Source: an uncultured Candidatus Saccharibacteria bacterium (GTDB taxonomy: Bacteria > Patescibacteriota > Minisyncoccia > 2-02-FULL-40-12 > IGHO2-01-FULL-4-A). Taken from it: a stretch of DNA of 39,846 nucleotides. The translations under genes were made by a program, and so were the position numbers. The notes below the pieces were generated by a model. The model ran no database searches. It worked only from the letters and a program-made list of their open reading frames with translations, and had not been told where the DNA came from. Positions within the stretch are counted from its first letter, which is position 1. Every line of letters begins with the position of its first letter. The DNA is taken from assembly GCA_964423175.1 (NCBI GenBank), contig CAYRDM010000001.1:1-39846 (forward strand), read 5' to 3'. This document shows positions 35,335 to 39,846 of the stretch, in pieces.

Positions 35335-35925
35335 TTAGCACATACGTGGCCGCCGCGGAGGAACGAAGGCCGGGCGCCGGGTTGGCGTCGTGATGAGTTC
35401 GCGTCGCATGAGCCGGCTCTTCTCGTCGCTCTGCTTTGGTGGCAACAAGCGGGATTTGCTTATTTCCTCGCTGCCGCCACAACCATCGCTAGCGTAAGGA
35501 TGCATGACCCGTGGAAAGGGTGGCACCGGCAAGCCGGCGGCCCAAGTCACGTCGACATGTCCAGTGAGATTGAAGACCCTTGCCTTGGCGGCGACGAGAC
35601 GTCCGCCCATCAAATCGTGCGTTACGTTGATGACTCCGCCGGCAAGTTCCTCGCAAGAGGCCTTCAGCTTACCGTTGACCGGAGCAAACCGATCACGGAT
35701 AGCTCGAATAAGATTCTCATTGTGAGTAACGAAACCGGCGTTATCCAGATCCGTGCTCGTCACCGAGAGGGACACACGGAATTGGCCATCATAGCCACCG
35801 CATACGTTATCGTCGGCGAGGTCAGCCGGGACACTGAACTTCTTGAGAAACAGCGTAACCGGAACCAACCAATTGTGCACCTTTTCCTTATACACTTTGG
35901 AAAGCGAATCTTTCAGGTCAAACAT
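35335..35925 (-). CDS. orphan 196-aa protein encoded by a G+C-rich island (island 3); Arg/Pro-rich C-terminal tail
   Basis: AGGAGG lies 6 nt before the ATG, with its own consensus promoter and terminator. Codons end mostly in G/C (CTG, GTG, GAC, AAG, GCC), unlike the A/T-ending neighbours. No family recognised. Confidence 0.6.
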   Translation of the reverse strand: MFDLKDSLSKVYKEKVHNWLVPVTLFLKKFSVPADLADDNVCGGYDGQFRVSLSVTSTDLDNAGFVTHNENLIRAIRDRFAPVNGKLKASCEELAGGVINVTHDLMGGRLVAAKARVFNLTGHVDVTWAAGLPVPPFPRVMHPYASDGCGGSEEISKSRLLPPKQSDEKSRLMRRELITTPTRRPAFVPPRRPRMC

Positions 35926-35965
35926 CAGATCCTCCTTGGTATTTTAATTTTCAAGTTACATATTA

Positions 35966-35994
35966 ATTATATCATTTTTAATGGCAAAAGTCAA
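35966..35994 (-). promoter_or_regulatory. extended -10 promoter of the island-3 gene
   Basis: Minus strand TTGACT (35989-35994), 17-nt spacer, TGa-TATAAT (35966-35971). Confidence 0.7.
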
Positions 35995-36042
35995 TATCAA
36001 TAAAAGGCTTTGTTTTTATTGATTTTTTGATATTATAGACTA

Positions 36043-37110
36043 ATGCTACAAATCGGTATCGTCGGCCTTCCAAATGTAGGCAAATCAACCCTATTCAAGG
36101 CCCTGACCAAAAAACAAATAGATATCCAAAATTACCCATTCACAACAATCGATCCCAATGTCGGTGTTGTCGGCGTGCCCGACGAAAGACTAGACCTATT
36201 GGCAAAAATGTCGGTCTCCAAGAAAATAGTACCAACCGCAATTGAATTTATAGACATCGCCGGCCTAGTAAAGGGCGCCGCAGCCGGCGAGGGTCTAGGC
36301 AATAAATTCCTGGCAAACATTCGAGAAGTTGATGCCATAGCTGAAGTAGTCAGAGTTTTTGAAAACGAAGACATAACTCATGTCCACAAAAAAATTGATC
36401 CGGTAGGCGACATCGAAATAATAAACGCCGAGCTAATATTGGCGGATTTGGATACTGTCATAAAACGATCAGAAAAAACCAAAGCGAATGATCCCAAGGC
36501 CGCAATTGAAGTCTCCACACTCAAAAAACTTAAACTAGGTCTTGAATCAGGCTCGCTTGCAATAGAAATAAAATTAGAAGACAAGGAAAAAGAAATAGCC
36601 AAAGAACTTAACTTGCTGACTAATAAAAAATTTATATATGTTTTAAATGCCTCCGAAGATCAAGTTAAAAATAACTGGCAGCCTGACAGCAAACTCAAAA
36701 ATGCGCTTGGCCGGAATGATTATGTAATACTCTCGAACACTTTTGAGTTATTACTTTCTGAATCAACACCCGAAGAACAAAAAATATTCCTCGAAGAGAT
36801 TGGCCTTAAAGAAAGCGGCTTAGATATGTTAATAAAAAAGGCTTATCACACCTTAGATCTCATAACATTTCTAACAACAGGAGAAGATGAAACCAGAGCA
36901 TGGACAACGCATCTCAACACCGCTATACCTATAGCCTCTCGAGCAATACATACCGACTTTGAACAGTTATTTATAAAAGCAGAGGTCATAAACTGGAAAG
37001 AACTTCTTGGAGTCGGCTCATGGGCAAATGCTCGCAAAACCGGCAAGCTCAAAGTTGTCGGCAGAGACTACATCGTCCAAGACGGCGATGTTGTTGAAAT
37101 TAAAATATAG
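36043..37110 (+). CDS. ychF: ribosome-binding ATPase YchF (Obg-like)
   Basis: IGIVGLPNVGKSTLF G1 motif, DIAGLVKGA G3 region, C-terminal TGS-like VVGRDYIVQDGDVVE. Confidence 0.93.
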   Translation: MLQIGIVGLPNVGKSTLFKALTKKQIDIQNYPFTTIDPNVGVVGVPDERLDLLAKMSVSKKIVPTAIEFIDIAGLVKGAAAGEGLGNKFLANIREVDAIAEVVRVFENEDITHVHKKIDPVGDIEIINAELILADLDTVIKRSEKTKANDPKAAIEVSTLKKLKLGLESGSLAIEIKLEDKEKEIAKELNLLTNKKFIYVLNASEDQVKNNWQPDSKLKNALGRNDYVILSNTFELLLSESTPEEQKIFLEEIGLKESGLDMLIKKAYHTLDLITFLTTGEDETRAWTTHLNTAIPIASRAIHTDFEQLFIKAEVINWKELLGVGSWANARKTGKLKVVGRDYIVQDGDVVEIKI

Positions 37111-37152
37111 TTGTCCTAAAATAAACTAGCTCTTTTGAATCCAAGGCTGACT

Positions 37153-37704
37153 ATGCGCACCTCGAAACCAGAAGAAAGACTTGAGCAATTACGAGGTTCA
37201 TTAGAGACAACCAGAAGAAAAACTTTTGAGTTTTGGCTCCTAAACATCAAAATAATTGCACCGCCGGAGGCACACGTAAGTGAAGAAGAAAAACATTATA
37301 CAGCGAGACTACTTACAGCCCTTTCTTTAAATTCCACCAGTGAATCGACCCTCCTCTTCCCTACGTTTACCAGCCTGGTAAAAATCCATGATGAAGCCAT
37401 CATGTGCCCGGATGCCCTGAAAACTCCGAAACTAATGGAAAATGCCGGATGTCAGGTGCTTCTGCTGGGAGGCTTCTATATGCAGGCGGCCAGAAAACAC
37501 TATGACCTCCATGACATAGAAGAACTAGGCAAGAACTTATTCGCACAAGGAGCAAGCGGCAAAAGAAGAAAAGTAATCAAAGAAATGTCTAGAGACTTTG
37601 GGAAATGGCAACATCTCCTCTGCTATCTTGAGTGGTATTTGAGAAACAATAGATTGCTGATAGCAAAAGAGCCTCACGAAGAACCAATAATTATAATCCC
37701 CTAA
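37153..37704 (+). CDS. hypothetical protein
   Basis: ATG 37153 with AAGG upstream; TTG 37135 is an alternative start. No family recognised. Confidence 0.45.
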   Translation: MRTSKPEERLEQLRGSLETTRRKTFEFWLLNIKIIAPPEAHVSEEEKHYTARLLTALSLNSTSESTLLFPTFTSLVKIHDEAIMCPDALKTPKLMENAGCQVLLLGGFYMQAARKHYDLHDIEELGKNLFAQGASGKRRKVIKEMSRDFGKWQHLLCYLEWYLRNNRLLIAKEPHEEPIIIIP

Positions 37705-37794
37705 CAAGGGATTTTATATTCATCCAAAATTGACTTTTATCAAGTAACAATCTAATATCCTTGAATCCTGTTTCCTTTAAAAAAGAGATCGAAA

Positions 37795-38193
37795 ATGCAA
37801 CCAGCTTATGCAATCTATCTTTTAGAAAGCCGCTGGACCTATGACCACAGCAACACTGAGATAGCCACAATAACAGTTGAGGGAAGAGAAGGCCAAAGAT
37901 GGCAAATGGAGCTAGAAGACTTGCTTAAACCAGAACTAAATGCAAATATTAAAAAAATGACAATAAAGGAACTCCGCGAAATTGCCCAAAATCAATGTGG
38001 AACACAAAGTGGCATCTGCAGACTTATAAGATTATACCGCGTCGTCGACCATGAAGGCCTAACCGTAAACTCTCCTCTCACAGTAGAACTTGAGGGCGGT
38101 CGAAAAACCGCATCAGTTTCTTTGAAACTTAAACCCATATGCGACTTCGATGAAAATGATCGAATTCTGCCGATAGATGTAGGAGGATTTTAA
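37795..38193 (+). CDS. hypothetical protein
   Basis: 132-aa ORF with ATG start, ending at a bidirectional terminator. No family recognised. Confidence 0.5.
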   Translation: MQPAYAIYLLESRWTYDHSNTEIATITVEGREGQRWQMELEDLLKPELNANIKKMTIKELREIAQNQCGTQSGICRLIRLYRVVDHEGLTVNSPLTVELEGGRKTASVSLKLKPICDFDENDRILPIDVGGF

Positions 38194-38197
38194 AAAT

Positions 38198-38214
38198 ACC
38201 CGCTTGAAGCGGGT
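38198..38214. terminator. bidirectional intrinsic terminator
   Basis: ACCCGC-TTGAA-GCGGGT flanked by an A-run and a T-run, between convergent genes. Confidence 0.65.
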
Positions 38215-38216
38215 TT

Positions 38217-39080
38217 TTACTTGCCAGAAAATAGTTTTAACTTTTCTAGAACCACCTTCTTGGTTGCTTCATATGAAGGTGTTAAAAGCTTGTAGGGCGT
38301 AGTCTGATCAGGCTCTTTTTTTAGTTCAGCCTTTAGCGCCTTCTGGTAGGCAACGCGTAGCTCGGTGTTTATATGAACATTTGATATGCCGTTAGCTATT
38401 GCTTCTTTGACTTCAGAATCTGCCAAACCGGAACCGCCATGCAATACAAGCGGCACCCCAGGCACTGTCTCAGATATTCTTTTGAGAACACCAATATCCA
38501 AATGCTCTTCCTGTTTGGTAACAATTCCATGTATATTTCCGAAAACAATCGCAAGTCGATCTACTCCCGTACGTGCAATGAAGTCCTTGGCCTGTTCTGG
38601 TTTGGTATAATCTTCTGAGCTGATTTCAACATTTTCCTGAACCTGAGATTCACCTTTCAAATAACCTATCTCGCCCTCAACTGTTATATCCACCCCATGC
38701 TCTCTAGACATTTTGCGAGCATAGACCACAACCTTCTTCGTTAATTCTATATTTTCTTCATAGGGCATTTTGGACGCATCAATGAGGATAGTATCATAAC
38801 CACTATCTATCGCTTCCTTGGCAGATATCCAGCTCTTGTGATGATCAGCATTGAGATGAAGGTCATAGCCAAGCATGCGCCAGGCCCCAACTAAAGCTAC
38901 TGACTGAACCCTACCCAAGAAACCCGCCTCTCCCTCTGACGTGCCAACCATAACGGGCACCTTGGCCTCCATGGATGCTTCAGCGATAGCTCGCAGCTGC
39001 TCAGCAGTAGAAAAATTAAAATGCCCAATTGCCCACTTACCGTCCATGGCTTCCTGAAAATGTTGTTTTAAGGTTTTCAT
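38217..39080 (-). CDS. fba: class II fructose-1,6-bisphosphate aldolase
   Basis: 287 aa. FNFSTAEQL, LNADHH, VEGEIG, VLHGGSG and GISNVHINTEL motifs of the class II aldolase family. Confidence 0.9.
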   Translation of the reverse strand: MKTLKQHFQEAMDGKWAIGHFNFSTAEQLRAIAEASMEAKVPVMVGTSEGEAGFLGRVQSVALVGAWRMLGYDLHLNADHHKSWISAKEAIDSGYDTILIDASKMPYEENIELTKKVVVYARKMSREHGVDITVEGEIGYLKGESQVQENVEISSEDYTKPEQAKDFIARTGVDRLAIVFGNIHGIVTKQEEHLDIGVLKRISETVPGVPLVLHGGSGLADSEVKEAIANGISNVHINTELRVAYQKALKAELKKEPDQTTPYKLLTPSYEATKKVVLEKLKLFSGK

Positions 39081-39085
39081 TTAAA

Positions 39086-39844
39086 TTATAGTTTTATAAA
39101 ACCGCTTATTATATTACTGTCTATCAATTCATTAACTTTATCACGACCGAGGTATTCTATGAAAATTTTATTCCACAGCGCTTCCTGTTGATGATATAAA
39201 TACTTAACTTCGCCTTTTTTAACCAATGACATGACAATATCTATAAGATCGAAACTGACAAGAGACCCATCAAAAAAATCACCGACAAAATCTAGACCCT
39301 GCCAATAACCAAACGCAGCCCCCTCCGCACCTATCAAACTGCTCATTTTGCCCAAATCTCCCTCTGCATTAAACCAATGTTCAGCTTCGGGGTTAACATG
39401 AGGTTCAGATAATCTAAAATCGTTTGCGTCATCTTTTGCAAGATATCTTTGAACTATTCTAAAACTTGAATCATCCGGCCTAGGTTTTTCGGGAACATCC
39501 CCGCGTAAAAGGGATTTTAATTTAACCGTAAAATCCTTATCCGCCGAAAATTGTCTGAAAAGTTTAGAATAAAAAGGAACTTCATTTAAATAATGTAAGA
39601 TAAGAGTAAACAAACGCATAGTTTCGCCGGGCACGTTAAGCTCTAGAGGTATGATAAAAATGACACCAAATTCTTTAAGATGGCTAACATTATGATATTT
39701 CTTCTTTAGAAATTTATCTGCTACTTCCAGCCACTGCGGTTCTAAGACCTTCAAAACGACCTCTCTTTCTTCAAAATCTTCAGGCTTTAAATCATCATAA
39801 GCCTCATCAAAAAAACAAAAGGTCTTTTTTAAAGTCCCTAAAAT
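39086..39844 (-). CDS. hypothetical protein, 5'-partial (frame stays open to the window end)
   Basis: The listed ORF starts at a TTG at 39754, but the same frame has no stop up to 39844. No family recognised. Confidence 0.45.
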   Translation of the reverse strand: MLGTLKKTFCFFDEAYDDLKPEDFEEREVVLKVLEPQWLEVADKFLKKKYHNVSHLKEFGVIFIIPLELNVPGETMRLFTLILHYLNEVPFYSKLFRQFSADKDFTVKLKSLLRGDVPEKPRPDDSSFRIVQRYLAKDDANDFRLSEPHVNPEAEHWFNAEGDLGKMSSLIGAEGAAFGYWQGLDFVGDFFDGSLVSFDLIDIVMSLVKKGEVKYLYHQQEALWNKIFIEYLGRDKVNELIDSNIISGFIKL

Positions 39845-39846
39845 TG

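Noticed and set aside
35110-36003. A 297-aa plus-strand ORF spanning island 3.
   Set aside because: It runs antisense through the well-signalled minus-strand gene and across two promoters and two terminators. It starts at TTG with no SD. Long antisense ORFs are expected in GC-rich coding DNA.

Overview
This is an AT-rich bacterial chromosome segment. By inference only, it resembles a small-genome Patescibacteria/CPR-type organism: compact genes, many orphan proteins, and a short UvrC.

Recognisable housekeeping genes are groES-groEL with a CIRCE operator, uvrC, secG, rnj, trpS, murC, ychF, class II fba, tRNA-Ser(GGA) and tRNA-Leu(CAG).

A long minus-strand block (about 7.3-19.4 kb) carries:
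- two secreted serine proteases;
- a MoxR AAA+/DUF58 pair, followed by BatD-like and two VWA genes (a Bat-like cluster);
- a Cys-rich secreted mini-protein;
- a PQQ-type beta-propeller.

The most unusual signal is three short G+C-rich islands in this AT-rich background. All three are on the minus strand, and each has its own near-consensus TTGAC(A/T)-N17/18-TGnTA(T/C)AAT promoter and an intrinsic terminator.
- 21360-21845 is a roughly 450-nt apparently non-coding RNA that I cannot assign to a family.
- 31475-31920 is a roughly 410-nt RNA with several collinear matches to bacterial RNase P RNA.
- 35262-35994 is a strongly signalled orphan gene with foreign-looking codon usage.

Smaller unexplained units are also present:
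- a leaderless 26-codon ORF/sRNA at 35077-35246;
- a 35-codon Cys-containing ORF plus a 12-bp hairpin in front of an ABC exporter, next to an orphan receiver-domain protein.

No CRISPR array, transposase, integrase or rRNA was seen. All family assignments rest on motif recognition by eye; no searches were run.
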